A DNA stretch of 64,000 nucleotides, from the NCBI RefSeq assembly GCF_009914755.1, contig NC_060947.1; one strand, given 5' to 3'. Source of the DNA: the human T2T-CHM13v2.0 reference genome, Homo sapiens. The notes under the pieces are model-generated. The model was not told the DNA's origin, did not search any database, and saw only the letters and a list, made by a program, of their open reading frames with translations. A program made the position numbers and the translations under genes. This document shows positions 37,120 through 64,000 of the stretch, in pieces (within the stretch, counting starts at the first letter, position 1; each line of letters starts with the position of its first letter).

Positions 37120-38053
37120 TTATTCCAAACACTTTGCTGAGTTACTGAAACCCTGCATTTCCACTTTTCCACCGACTGTCCTGTCCTATTCCTACAGCTG
37201 GTGTGTCAGCCAGAGCAGGGACAGTTCCATCCATTCCAACATTTAATGAGAGTCTGCCCTATAATGAAGCCATACAGATGAATAAGACACTGCTCTAGCC
37301 TTGAACAGTTCGGTCTAGGATAAATAATAATGATACAATGTAACATATTAGGCTAGAACATAATATGTTATAAATGCTGCAAAGGACTACATCAGATAAT
37401 GGGGAGCACAGCTAACCAATGGAGAAAATAAGAAGAGAAAGGGAGGATCTCAAGGCAGACAAGGGGAAATAGATAAGCAAAGACTTTGACAGATATGAAA
37501 ACTCAGTAGCAACCTTTTTTTCCGACGTGTATACAGCTAGAACCATTATGAGTCACTTTGTAAGTCAGGAATTCCCAGCCCATGTCTCCACTTCCATAAC
37601 TCAGCAATCTTTCAGTGTTCATGAGGGAGAGAAGGGGAAAAGGGTAGTGCTAGGAATAGACAGGGACAGGGTTGGAAAGTCCACATTAAATCACAGGCGA
37701 GGACCCTGAGCCATTCAGACAAGTTCCTCTGGGTGAGGAATTCAAAGGTAAGAAAAAATATCAGACCACCAAGAGACCCACAGAGATCACCTGGTCTGAA
37801 TCCCTTCCTCCACATTCCAAGATAGAAAGAAAAATGGAAGAGAAGGCTTTCAGGAAAAAGGAAGAAAAAGAGGAATGCGTTGACGAGGGTACCAAAAGCT
37901 GATAAGTCAAGCAATAATCACAGGCTGATCCACAGTGAGGTACACGCAGGGTTTTGCTTCAGGTAACACCTGAAGCCAAGTTTTGCTTATCACATGCCTC
38001 CCCTGCCTCCAGTCCCCAAAGCCAACCTCCACCCCTACCCCATGCAGGTCTTA

Positions 38054-38188
<135 letters not shown>

Positions 38189-38923
38189 TCACAGTCCAGC
38201 ACCATCATAAAGAGCCCTTACACTGGTCCACCCTCCACCTCAGAACCTAGGTTGTTGCAGGCTACACCCATCATATTCTGGTTCAAGAGAGCATGAACAG
38301 ACACAAAACAAGAAGGTGGGAGGAGACACGGTAATGTCTGTGGGATCCAACAGTATACAGGGCATGAGGAGCTGACTAGGCCGTATACAGGACACCTAAC
38401 TGGTAGACTGTCCATCAACAGTTGTGTGGACACACCCCTTTCTTTCACCCCCAAATCAACTCATTGAGCTAGAGGAGCCCCTTATCCCTTGTAAGTCGGC
38501 TCCCAACTCAATCTTACCAACTGGACTGAGGCGCCCCACTCAAACACTGTCTTGCAGGCAAGACTTCCTCCCCATTGGAATCGGAAATCTACCCTAGGGT
38601 ACTAATCTACTCCTTAAGCCCTGGCTCAGGCCTCACTAGTCCCTCCGGCATCCTCTCCAAGTTGGGAGAAAGTCACTTTTTGGAGGTAATGGGTAAACCT
38701 CACAGATATAACAAGAGAATTGTTGAGGCACAACCCCTTACTTTCCATTCCGCTAACGGGATTAGCGCAAGAGATGGCTGCCGCGTTCCCCCAGGCATTT
38801 GGGAGAGGGACAACTTTAGGCGACTTAGGGGAAGACTGGAGAACAGGGCCTTATAGAAACTCGACAAAGGAAGAGGTGCAGCGCCACCAGCACGCAGGCA
38901 AAAGGGCCGAACCCGCCACCTTA

Positions 38924-39500
<577 letters not shown>

Positions 39501-39700
39501 TATTTTGCTCCCCTCGGCGGGTGGCAGCTTGATTGTAGTCATCCAGTGAACTGAAAATGCGATTTTAAGTATATTTTTATTGCCGTGAATCAGGACCTAA
39601 CCTAGTAAAACACTGGACACTGAAGCAGGGCTACAGAGGAAATATCTCATATCGAAACAGTTACAGTTGGGTTGAAAAAATCTGCTTTTGTGGCAGGTAA

Positions 39701-39871
<171 letters not shown>

Positions 39872-41317
39872 CTAAGCATGGTTGCACATGCCTGTAATCC
39901 CAGTTACTCAGGAGGCTGAGGCACAAGAATCGCTTGAATCCGGGAGGCGGAGGCTGCAACAAGCCAAGATCGCACCAGTGCACTCCACCCTGGGTGACAG
40001 ATCGAGACTCTGTCTCAAAAGTAAATTAAATAAATACATACATAAATAAATAAATAAATACCAGCCTAGAGACCTGAGTTTTACTCTAAATTTTGCCACT
40101 AACTATGTGGACTTAGACTAGTCTCAGTTTTCCCATCTGTACAGTGAGAGTTGTAGACTGGTCTCTAGGTTCTCTGTCATAGCAGAAAATTGTAGAATTT
40201 TACTCTGCCAACATTCCACTGCTATGTTGGTTTCAACATCCACCAAGGTATACTTAGTTTTTCTGCAAAATTCCTTGGTATTTTGGAGTTCTGGGAGAAA
40301 AGCGGTATTATGAAGTTCCTCCGATTTTACGAGTTGACTGAAATATGTTTAGGACTATGTCCCAATCCTTCTTGCAGAAGTTATTTTCCAATGTAACACT
40401 TGAGAGAGAGAGAGAGAGAACTGTTGCTAACGATCTTAACAGCATTGCTGTGAGTGGCACTTTTACGCTTCACAGCAACAAATCCCAATTCATCCTCTAT
40501 ATGTGCTTCTTTCTCCAGCCAACTTTTCCTAAGATATAGTCTGCCTATAGTTATTTTATTTTTCTTTTTTTCTTTTTCTTTTTTTTTTTGACATGGCGTC
40601 TGGCCCAGTCGCCCAGGCTGGAGTGCAGTGGCACAATTCTCGGCTCACTGCAACCTCTACCTCCAGGGTTCAAGTGATTCTCTTGCCTCAGCCTTCCAAG
40701 TAGCTGGGATTACAGGCGCCTGCCACTATGCTTGGCTAATTTTTGTATTGTTAGTAGAGACAGGGTTTCACCATGTTGGCCAGGCTGGTCTGGAACTCCT
40801 GACCTCAAGTGATCCACCAGCCCAGGCCTCCCAAAGTGCTAGGATTACAGGCATGAGCCACCGTGCCCGGCCTGCCTATGGTTCTTGACTGACAGTTACT
40901 CTGTCCCAAGTAGCCATGCCAACCAGTTGGCCAGGTGTCTGCCTGAAACCAGATACCCTTTTTCCTTCAGGATCATGACAGTGTGCTGGCAAAGAAGTCT
41001 GGGGAGTGGTTTCTATGACTCCTCAAGATACAGGCCAGTCAGAGGAGCTGCCAGATCTGCGGCAATCATTCACACACATTTTGGGGTTTATAGGCTAAAA
41101 ATTTTGCATAGTCCTTTTCAGGCAAAGACCCCTATTTATCCCCATTCCATCCACATAAAGCTGAAGTTCTCTCTATTCCGTGTGTTCTAAGAAAACATGA
41201 CCAAAGCATGTAACAAGAGCATTATGTCTAATATGTGGCAAATGGGGCCTGAGACCTATTGAGAATTAGGAATTAGTGGACGAAGTGTGTCAAATAGTGG
41301 TAATTTTGAAGAAGCAC

Positions 41318-41826
41318 TGCGTTAGTTTCCTGTTGTTGCTATAGCAAATTACCACAAACTTGGTGGTTTAAAACAACAGACATTTATTTTCTCGTAGTTC
41401 TGGAGGCCAAAAGTTTGATAACAGTATCACTGAGCTGAAATCAAGGTACTGGTAGGTTCATGATTCCTCCAGCTGCTCTAGGGAAGAATACACTCCTTGT
41501 CTTTTCTAGTGGCTGCTAGCATTCCTTGGCTTGGAGCACATTATTCCAAACTTCAAGACCAGCATCTTCAAATCTCTCTCTGCTCCATCTTCCCCTCTGT
41601 GTTTGTAAAGTCTCCCCCAGCCTCCATTTTAAAAGGATACATGTGGTGGCAGAGTCCACTCAGATAATGCAGGCTAATTTCCACATCTCAAGATCTTTAA
41701 TTACAATGAAGTCCAATGTTTTTCTTTCTTTTTTCTTTTTCTTTTAACCACATAAAGTAACATTCATAGGTTGTAGGGATTAGGATGTGAGTATCTTTTG
41801 GGGGACAATTGTTTCAGCTTACCACA
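41318..41826 (-). mobile_element. MLT1-type MaLR LTR
   Basis: GTTAGTTTCCTGTTGTTGCTATAGCAAATTACCACAAAC...GGGGGACAATTGTTTCAGCTTACCACA on +. Confidence 0.8.
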
Positions 41827-42445
41827 GGGAATATGGATCTGTCCTGGCACATGCTCAAGAATCCTAAGAATCCCTAGGCTTGTGGTGACGTAGGACACTC
41901 CTAGCAGTGCCAGTGGGCACGAATTAAATAAAATCTCCAAGTCCAAGGCATTGTCTGTGAAATCCTGAAGTTAATCAAATGTATCTTCAAGCTACTGCTT
42001 CCCCTTCATTATTTCACCATTTCCCTCCCCCTCACTTCACCCCAACGTCCACTTTTGTGTATCTAGTTCACCTAGAGCAGTCCTGTGGCCCCGGCTAAGC
42101 AAACACCTATATGTTGATGTTCTTCAAGTCTCTAGCTGAGTTTTCTGTGGGACTCCAGACACATTTAATCAACTGTCTGCTGCACTCATGTGATCCCGCA
42201 GGCAACCCAATATCAACCTGTCTAAATCTTAAATACTTTCCCCCAAAATCTGTCCCTCCTCCTATATCATTCAATACATGGCAACAGTATTCACAGAGTC
42301 ATCTGAACCTCAGTACCTGCACTCAGGTAGCTTGGGCTTGAATTGTGTCTTCACCACTTACTATTTGAAACCTTGAGCAAGTTACTTAACTTTTCTATGC
42401 CTCGTTTACTTCATCTGTAAACGGAAATAATAAGAGCACTTATTA

Positions 42446-42631
<186 letters not shown>

Positions 42632-42765
42632 TCACAAAAATTAGCCAGGTGTGGTGATGCGCCTGTAATCCCAGCTATTCTGAGGCATGAAAATGGCTTG
42701 AACCCTGGAGGCAGAGGTTGCAGTGAAGTCCTTCTGATTTTACAGGTTGGCTAAAATGTGTTTAG

Positions 42766-44619
<1,854 letters not shown>

Positions 44620-44777
44620 GTATTATCATTCTCCACTACTTCACCTCCTCACTCACTTCCACTGTTCCATCTTCTCCCGCACCCTTGGTGCCACCCTCCC
44701 CCAAAACTACATAATCTACCCACTATCTTTTTAATCAGTCCTCTTCTTTACATTCTCATGGCCACTGTTCTAATTCA

Positions 44778-45356
<579 letters not shown>

Positions 45357-45650
45357 TCAACTTCCTGGGCTTTAGAGATGTTTCCACTACAGCCTCCCAA
45401 ACAGCTAGGACTGGACCCCCACCTACCAGCTGGGTATGCATGCCACCACACCCAGCTAATTTTTTATTTAGTTTTTTGTAGAGATAGGGTCTCACCCTGT
45501 TGCCCAGGCTGGTCTCAAATTCCTGGCCACAAACCTAGGCCTCCCAAATTACTGGAATTACAGGTGTAAGTTACTGAGCTCAGCCTTTGTTTTTTTGTTT
45601 GTTTTGAGACAGGGTCTTACTCTGTCACCCAGGCTACAGTATAGTGGTGC

Positions 45651-46742
<1,092 letters not shown>

Positions 46743-46849
46743 GTGTGACCATAGCTTGCTGTAGCCTTGAACTCTTGGTCTCAAGTGATCCGCCAACTCG
46801 GCCTCCCAAAATGCTGGAATTATAGGCGTGAGCCACCTTGTCCGGCCAA

Positions 46850-48692
<1,843 letters not shown>

Positions 48693-50751
48693 TGAAGCTC
48701 CTTTGTGAAGCCTGTAGACCAAGTTTTATTGTTTCCATTTTCTAGATAAGAAAACAGAGGCTCAAGAAAGTAATGTGATTTTCCCAAGGTCATACTGTAA
48801 GTGACAAAGCAGAGACTGAGACCCAGATTTCCAACCCAAGTTCTCTTTTTATTATGCTGTACTAGAAGCAATGGGGTGAATTTATTTATATCCCGTGTGA
48901 TCCTGTGGACATGTGAATTTGTATCTGTAGGTGCTTTACTGGGAACTCCTGGAAAACAGGGGTTATGAGCTGATTGATTTCCACAATTCTTACAGCAGGA
49001 TCCTCCATATTAGGAAGCAAATGTACATAGAAAGTAAGGGAGGAAAGAAGACAGAGAAAATAATGGAAGGCTGGCAAGAAGAAAAATAAAGTAGAAGAAC
49101 AAAATGAAAGGTAAGAAAAAAGAGAAAAAAGTAAAGGGACAGAAAGAAATAATATACATTGCTACATGTGTTGATTAAAGAAAAGAAATAATTCTCTGTG
49201 ATTTGAAAGGTCTTTCAGAAGCAACAGATATATTGGCAAGAACATGAAGTTAGAACTCAGGGAACCGTGGGTGCAGAATCTACCTCCTACTTAAATGCTC
49301 TATTACTTTGGCTGAAATTACGTCCCCTTCTAAGTCTGTTTCCTCAACCTGCAAAATGTGGTTAATACATGCTAACTTTTAGGGTGATTTGTGAGGAAAG
49401 CTTGAAAAAAGGAAAGGTGTTTATGGCATCTGACAGGAACTCAATAACAGCATTCCACACCTATGGTTACTCCCACTGAGAGCCTAGAGCCTCAGCCATT
49501 CCAGGACTGTTTAATCTTCTTTCCCTTCCAGGTTCTCTATGGGCAGACGGCGAAGGTCTTGGATCAGGTGCTCCAAAGCTTCCTCCCTGAGAACCCTGAC
49601 TCCAGCGAGGTATAGGTACAGGCCTTCAAGACCCAGAAGGAGTCACAGTCAGCCTCTCAGAGGATGCTGGCTGCCTGGGGAAGGTGGTAGGAGGAGGAAG
49701 AGGTGGTGTGTTGAAGTGGTTAAAATCAGGTTTGAATTCAAAACAAATAACAACAAAAAACCTTGTGAATAATCCACTGTTTACTAGCATGTGGATAATT
49801 GAGAGTTGACCATGTCCTCTGAGCCTGCCTCAAGCCTTTCATTATTTGGGTTATATGTCCCTTGGGCCTTTGCTAGTTGACCCCTGGCTTCAACTACTGT
49901 GGTATACCAGTTAGGGCAGAGGTGATTACATAGGCCTGAGCTGGGAGGCTCTGAGCCTTAATTTTCCTGATTCTCCTTCCCCTCACATTTAGCAACTGAT
50001 ATCCTAGATGAGTTCTGCACTCCCCTATAAGCTCAAGCCAGGGCTGGACTGGTGCCCTTTTTCTCAAGTTTGTCATGGAGCACTTTGGCCATGATGTGAA
50101 TCTGGCTAATCTTTGGCCTTTTTCTAATCTTCATCCCTCTTACCACATCCTGGCCTCTTTCCCGGCCTCCTGAATAAGTCTATATTTGCACCTCAGGATT
50201 ATATCTGTCTTTTTGTTTTTCTCAAACTCTTCTCAGCCTTTCTGCTTCTCTTGGAATATCCTCCACTTTCCTTTACTGCCTCCTTCTCTTCAACTTGCTG
50301 AGTTTGATTAGGATGGAGGTGCCTTACATGGTCTGGTTCATGATCCTTTGCAAAGTGCCTTCTGCCTTCTGTCTGACAGTTTTCAGGGAAGGTAACTAGT
50401 GCCAAATACCAAACTAATCCCAGAAGCAAGTTTGCTTTTCCTCTTTCTTTCCTCTTCTATCCCTCTTCTTTCCATCCTTTCAAACTGAGCCACTTCTACT
50501 TGCCAGGTTTTGTGTTGGGAACTAAGAAAACAAAGAAATCAGATGGAATCCCTGCCCTCAATGAGATAAGCACCTCCCCAACCTAGGTCTTTGCCTCTTA
50601 CTAACAATGAATTCTTTGGCAATTTGTTTAGCATTTCTGGGCTTTGCTCCTTAAATAAGTAGAAATCGGGGCTGAATATGAGTACTGTAAGAGAAGCCAG
50701 AGGGAATGCAAAAGAGGGAGTGATCGGTTCCATCTCTGAACAACAGTGAAG

Positions 50752-51134
50752 GCGCCCTAGTTCATTTCTGCTTCTATAACAAAATACCGCAGGCCAAGAT
50801 AATTTATAAACAACATACATTTATTTTTCATAGTTCTAGAGGCTAAGAAGTTCAAGATCAAGGCACTGGCAGATTCAGTGTCTGGTGAGGACTGCTGTCT
50901 GCATCTGAGATGGCTCCTTCTTGCTTCATCCTCACATGGTAGAAGAGCAAAAGGGATGAACACAGTGTTCTCACATGGCAGATGAGATAAAAGTGCCAGG
51001 CAGCTATCTGAAGCCTATTTTATAAGGACATTAATCTCATTCACAAGGGCAGAGCCCTCATGACTTAATCATTTCTCAAAAGTTCCCACCTTTTAATACC
51101 ATCACCTTGGGGTTTAAGGTCCAACATATAAGTT
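50752..51134 (-). mobile_element. MLT1A/MST-like MaLR LTR fragment
   Basis: TTTATTTTTCATAGTTCTAGAGGCTAAGAAGTTCAAGATCAAGG motif. Confidence 0.7.
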
Positions 51135-52236
51135 GTTTGTTTGGTTTTGTTTGAGACTGAGTCTTCCTCTGTCACCCAGGCTGGAGTGCAGTGGCATGAT
51201 AACAGCTGACTGCAGCCTCGACCACCTGGGGTCAAGTGATCCTCCCACCTCAGCCTCCTGAGTAGCTGGGACCACAGGTGTACACTCTCATGCCTGGCTA
51301 ATTTTTTAAAAATATTTTTAGAGATGGGGTCTTCCTATGTTGCCCAGGCTGGTCTCTAGCTCCCAGGCTCAAGTGATCCTCCTGTCTTGGCCTCCCAAAG
51401 CGCTGGGATTACAGGTGTGAGCCACTGTGCCCAGCTAGATTATTTTCCATGTATGTTCAAATATCCATATGTGTATATGTGAGCATGTAAGTGTATGTAA
51501 ACAAAGGAAATGCATGTGAAAATATGGGAGCTTGTAGTGGAGTTGTATGTGAGTATATGGAATATATGTGAATGGCGGGAGGTTATGGTGTCTGGGAGAA
51601 TATATATATGAATAAATGCATTTGTATCAGAGTGTAGGGCATAAGACTATGGTGGAATATATATGAAAGTGTGGGCAAGATGTGTCTATGGGAGCTCATG
51701 TAAGGTTTGCAAGTACCTGTATGTGAGTGAAAGTGTATGTCAGAGTTTGAGGTGAGTGTGTATGGTATGGGGAGGGGAGGGCTTGCATTGTTTCATGTGA
51801 GTGTGTGGGTATGGAGAATAAATTAGTGGGTTAATTGGGCAACCCTAGTTCTACTCCTTAGTTTACATCATTCAGTGAAGGCTTTCCAGTGAATTGCTTT
51901 CAGCAGCAGTTTCTGGGATTTGGGCACTCTAGGGTTAGGAAACTTGTTATTTTTTCCCTTTCAGGCCCTTTGTTGAGGTATACCCTCATTTAGCTCCACA
52001 CACATTTTGTGAGCACTTACCGTGCACAAGGCGCTACTCTTAGATCTTTCCTGGCAGATAAGAATACTCTCTGAGGAGTCATGTCTCTCAATATTATCCT
52101 AAATCCTTTCCCTCACTGGATTCTCATAAGAGCTGGCTCCCTTCATTGTATAAATGGAGAAAGCAAGACCTGCTCAGAGCATGGGCTTGCAGGCAAATAG
52201 ACCTGGGATGAATTTCTCTCTCTGTTATTACCTAGT

Positions 52237-57208
<4,972 letters not shown>

Positions 57209-57770
57209 CTAGCTGTGTGACCTTGGCCTCTCTGCACCTGGTTTCTCCCCAGGGTATGTAGAGATAATTAGGGGTGATATTCTAAATATTTGACACCTGG
57301 AAGGGAGTCTGACAACCTACAAACTTTCGTGGCCCTAGTGTTAGAGCAGAGTCCTAGAGGCCCCTGCTATGCCAGGCATTAATCCTTTGGTTGTTGAATT
57401 ATATGGGGAGGTCCTAGGGGGAGGAGTTCTCATGAAGGAATCAAGGTGGTGGTGGTGCGAGTGAAGAGTGTTACCAATCAGTATAGAAGTTTTTAAATAT
57501 TTTAACAGCCTGTACAGCTCTATCCCTGCATACTACCCAAATATCAGTCCCAGTAGAATTAATGCCTACCTTATTAGTGTAGTTATACACACACATGTTG
57601 ACCTCTTCTCCAAACACTCACCTTGGTTTCTCTAAAGTAATCCTATCAGGCCCAATTCTAGGGTCTCAAAAACTCAGCTGCCCCAATGCTGAAGAGCTCT
57701 TTTCTCCTCTCTCATACACTGTGGAGTTTACCAAGATAGGGTAGCTGGTGGCTGTTTGGGGCATGGTCTC

Positions 57771-58720
57771 TATATTACTCTGTTCTCACACTGCTAATAA
57801 GGACATACCCGAGACTGGATAATTTATAAAGGAAAGAGGTTTAATTGACTCACAGTTCCACATGGCTGGGGAGACCTTGCAATCATGGCTGAAGACAAAT
57901 GAGGAGCAAAGTCACATCTTACATGGCAGCAGGCAAGAGGGCTTGGGTAAGGGAACTCCCCTTTATAAAACCATCAGATCTCGTGAGACCTAATCACTAT
58001 CATGAGAACAGCAAGGGAAAGACCCGCCTCCATGATTCACCAGGTCTCTCCTGCAAAAAGTAAAAGTAGAGGTTCCTCTTCAAAGACTTTCCTCCCCGTC
58101 TAATTAGGAATAAATAGTAACTTCTCTTAGAAGCAAAATTTATTCAAAGACCTGTGCTAACATTCTTAAATATCTGCTAGCTGTAATAAAGACATCAATG
58201 TACTTTATGTTCTTAGCTCCCACAATTTAGCCTAAATATTTGCCCTGGCATGCTTATACTGGTCCAAGCAAAGCATTAGGCCATACCCTGTTGCTCTTCC
58301 TTATTTGAAGGTGTTTTTACCTTTCTCAGCATTCCACAAGTTACTTCCTCCTTCCTTTGTTCTCTTCTGCCTTTGCCTCTTTTAGAAAGTTCTAAGTTGC
58401 TAGCCAGTCGGAACAAATACAGAATTTGAGGTCCCATTCCACCCCATGGAAACTGGACACAGCAGTAGGGTGGACGTGTCAGGTTGTAAATGACCCTGTC
58501 TCCTTTGTTCAGTGTACTCTCATGGCAAAACTGCTGGCAAGTGTACCCTTTCTGCAGAAAGTATAAAAATGGCCTTGCTGAGGAAAGTAAATTTATGTTC
58601 AAGTGCTATTTCTTTATGGCACTGGGGAACAAGCATTTCGAACACTCCCATGACACATAGGAGTTATAGGAGCCACCAGTCAAGATGAGATTTGGGTGGG
58701 GACACAGCCAAACCATATCA
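57771..58720 (-). mobile_element. THE1-type MaLR solo LTR, interrupted by another LTR
   Basis: GTCTC TSDs at 57766 and 58721; ends GGGGACACAGCCAAACCATATCA on +. Confidence 0.88.
58052..58644 (+). mobile_element. ERV1 solo LTR (LTR10C-like)
   Basis: TG...CA termini; 4-bp TSD CTCC at 58048 and 58645; start AAGTAGAGGTTCCTCTTCAAAGACTTTCC. Confidence 0.75.
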
Positions 58721-58739
58721 GTCTCTAGGGACTCCAAGA

Positions 58740-58871
58740 AAGACACCCATCTCTATGTCCTGGAATGGTGTAGACTGTTTTATGTCTACACCATTACAGT
58801 GTAGCAAGACACCCATCTCTATGCCCTGGAATGGTGTAGACTGTTTTATATCTACACCATTACAGTGTAAC
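58740..58871. repeat. Two-copy 66-bp tandem duplication, each unit containing a hairpin
   Basis: Units start at 58740 and 58806; 3 differences in 66 bp. Confidence 0.95.
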
Positions 58872-59243
58872 AAAAGGCTAAGATTACAGTCTGGGCTTAG
58901 TTGCCTCCTCACCGTCTCCCTCTCTTGGTGGACTTCACTCTTCCCTTTGTCCTACAAGGGTCTGGACAGTTCAGTGTTCTGTGAAAGCTTTTGCTGGGAA
59001 GCAGAAAGGAACTTGAACAGTAGTCAAGTTAGAGCCATCTCTCTCCCTCATAGGAGACTCTTTCTTGACCTTGACATCCATTTTATCCCATTCGCCTTTT
59101 TCCCCAGGGGCCAGAAATGAGACATCTTTGGGCAAGGAAGCCAGAGCACTCTGCCTCCTGTCTCTTGACTGAGGGCCACTTCTCCACAGCTCTTTATCTC
59201 CTGACTCATCTTTGCTTTTTTCTTTTGTTTTTGTTTTTTTTGA

Positions 59244-59540
<297 letters not shown>

Positions 59541-60346
59541 TAGCGTTGGGGGTTCCTTAATGGGAACCCAGGCCAAGAGGAATAATATGAGATTTCAGGG
59601 CAGGCTACTGACCCCAAGCCTCGGATAGTTTAGCAAAACCTAAATGAAGGGTGTAGTCAGCTTCACTACCTCAGCATTCCTGGGGCTGTCCAGCAGGGCT
59701 CTTCTGGAAAGCTGAGGCCAAACAGAGAGAGAGAGAAGAAAAAGGTCCAACACGGTGGCAGCCAGTCAGAGGTGACTTTGGAAGTGGAGCAAGAGATCCC
59801 AGAACATTTGAGAAAGTTCTTTATAAACAGCTCCTAGATTTTGAAGGGAGTGGTTATGAGGAATGTTTGCTGGGATGAGGGTTTAGGGAGGCCGGGGTGA
59901 TTCAGTTTCATCTCCTCTCTTTGATGGAACCATGGGATCTCAGCCAGACTCCCTTGCAAGCTAGTGGGGGCATTTTGTTTGTCCACCATTGAGTTGCTAG
60001 GGCAGCCTAATATTATGGAAAGAGCACTGAATTTGGAGCCACATAGTCTGAGCTCTAGCTCCAGCTCTGCCACTGAATTGCTGTGTGACTTGGGCAAATT
60101 TCTTCTTAGATCTCTGTAACATGAGACAGGGAGGGACTTCTTGGTCTCTGTGGGATCCATTCTGCTCTATCTTCCTGAGTCTCTGAGTCAGTGGAGGTGG
60201 TGTAGGGTAGGGGAATGGACCAGCTTCTGCCTTCCAGCTTCCACCTTCAGCCTTGCCTCTTGGGATTGGGGCCAGTAAGCCTGAGAGAAGTCATTCCTCC
60301 TTTTACCTCTGCCTCCCTAGGGATGGCTCACTGACCCTCATTTTCT

Positions 60347-61690
<1,344 letters not shown>

Positions 61691-61778
61691 TGAGATGTTT
61701 GGGGGTCACCAATATCAGATACCCCCTCAGAAACGTCCTCACTATAAAGGATGAATTCATATAGAGCAAGGAGTCTAG

Positions 61779-62126
<348 letters not shown>

Positions 62127-62339
62127 TGAGCCATCGCGCCCAGCCTGAGAATACATCTTTATAGAATACTCAGTATAGTGCTCTGCCTCCACACCCTGCT
62201 AAATTAAACTGGTTGTTACTGGGAAAAAAAAATCTCCTGTTTGGGTTTTACCAAGAGACACACACACTTTGACTTTAGTCCTGTCCCCCTCCCAGTGAAA
62301 GTGGCAAAAACAATAACTGAAGGATTTAGGCATTACTGT

Positions 62340-63760
<1,421 letters not shown>

Positions 63761-64000
63761 ATTTTATAGTTAACATTTCAAGCTTAGCACCCCTAAATAT
63801 GCTTATTTCCCTCAGACTAGTGCTTTTCAAATATTTCCACAAAAGGATATCTCAGAGGAGAGGAGTGTCCTTGAAACCCTGGGGATCTGGAGAGATTTGG
63901 TGCCAGCCACAGGATCAACATTTTTTTTTCTTTGAGACAGAGTCTTGCTCTGTTGCCCAGGCTGGAGTGCAGTGGCATGATCTCAGCTCACTGAAACCTC

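Noticed and set aside
58740-58871. Palindromic repeat resembling a CRISPR array
   Set aside because: Only two units, the whole unit is duplicated with no unique spacers, no cas genes, and the DNA is primate.

Overview
Primate (almost certainly human, Xq12) genomic DNA, not microbial. It holds three genes. (1) The last four coding exons and long 3'UTR of ZC3H12B (Regnase-2, PIN/NYN RNase plus CCCH finger) on +. (2) The complete 14-exon LAS1L gene (HEPN RNase for pre-rRNA ITS2 cleavage) on -; the exons I spliced by hand sum to 2205 nt = 734 aa. (3) The processed pseudogene FRMD8P1 on -. The rest is dense Alu/MIR/L1/L2/LTR/DNA-transposon sequence. Best leads: an H/ACA-snoRNA-like two-hairpin structure in LAS1L intron 11, surrounded by cryptic splice sites; a distant TACTAAC branch point with a 218-nt AG-free zone before LAS1L exon 10, next to a MIR-derived exon 9; FRMD8P1 appearing to be an Alu-mRNA chimeric retrocopy inside one TSD pair; and a 50-nt templated insertion copied from 2.4 kb away into an Alu. 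Gene names and repeat subfamilies come from my recognition of the sequence, not from database searches. Repeat ends are approximate.
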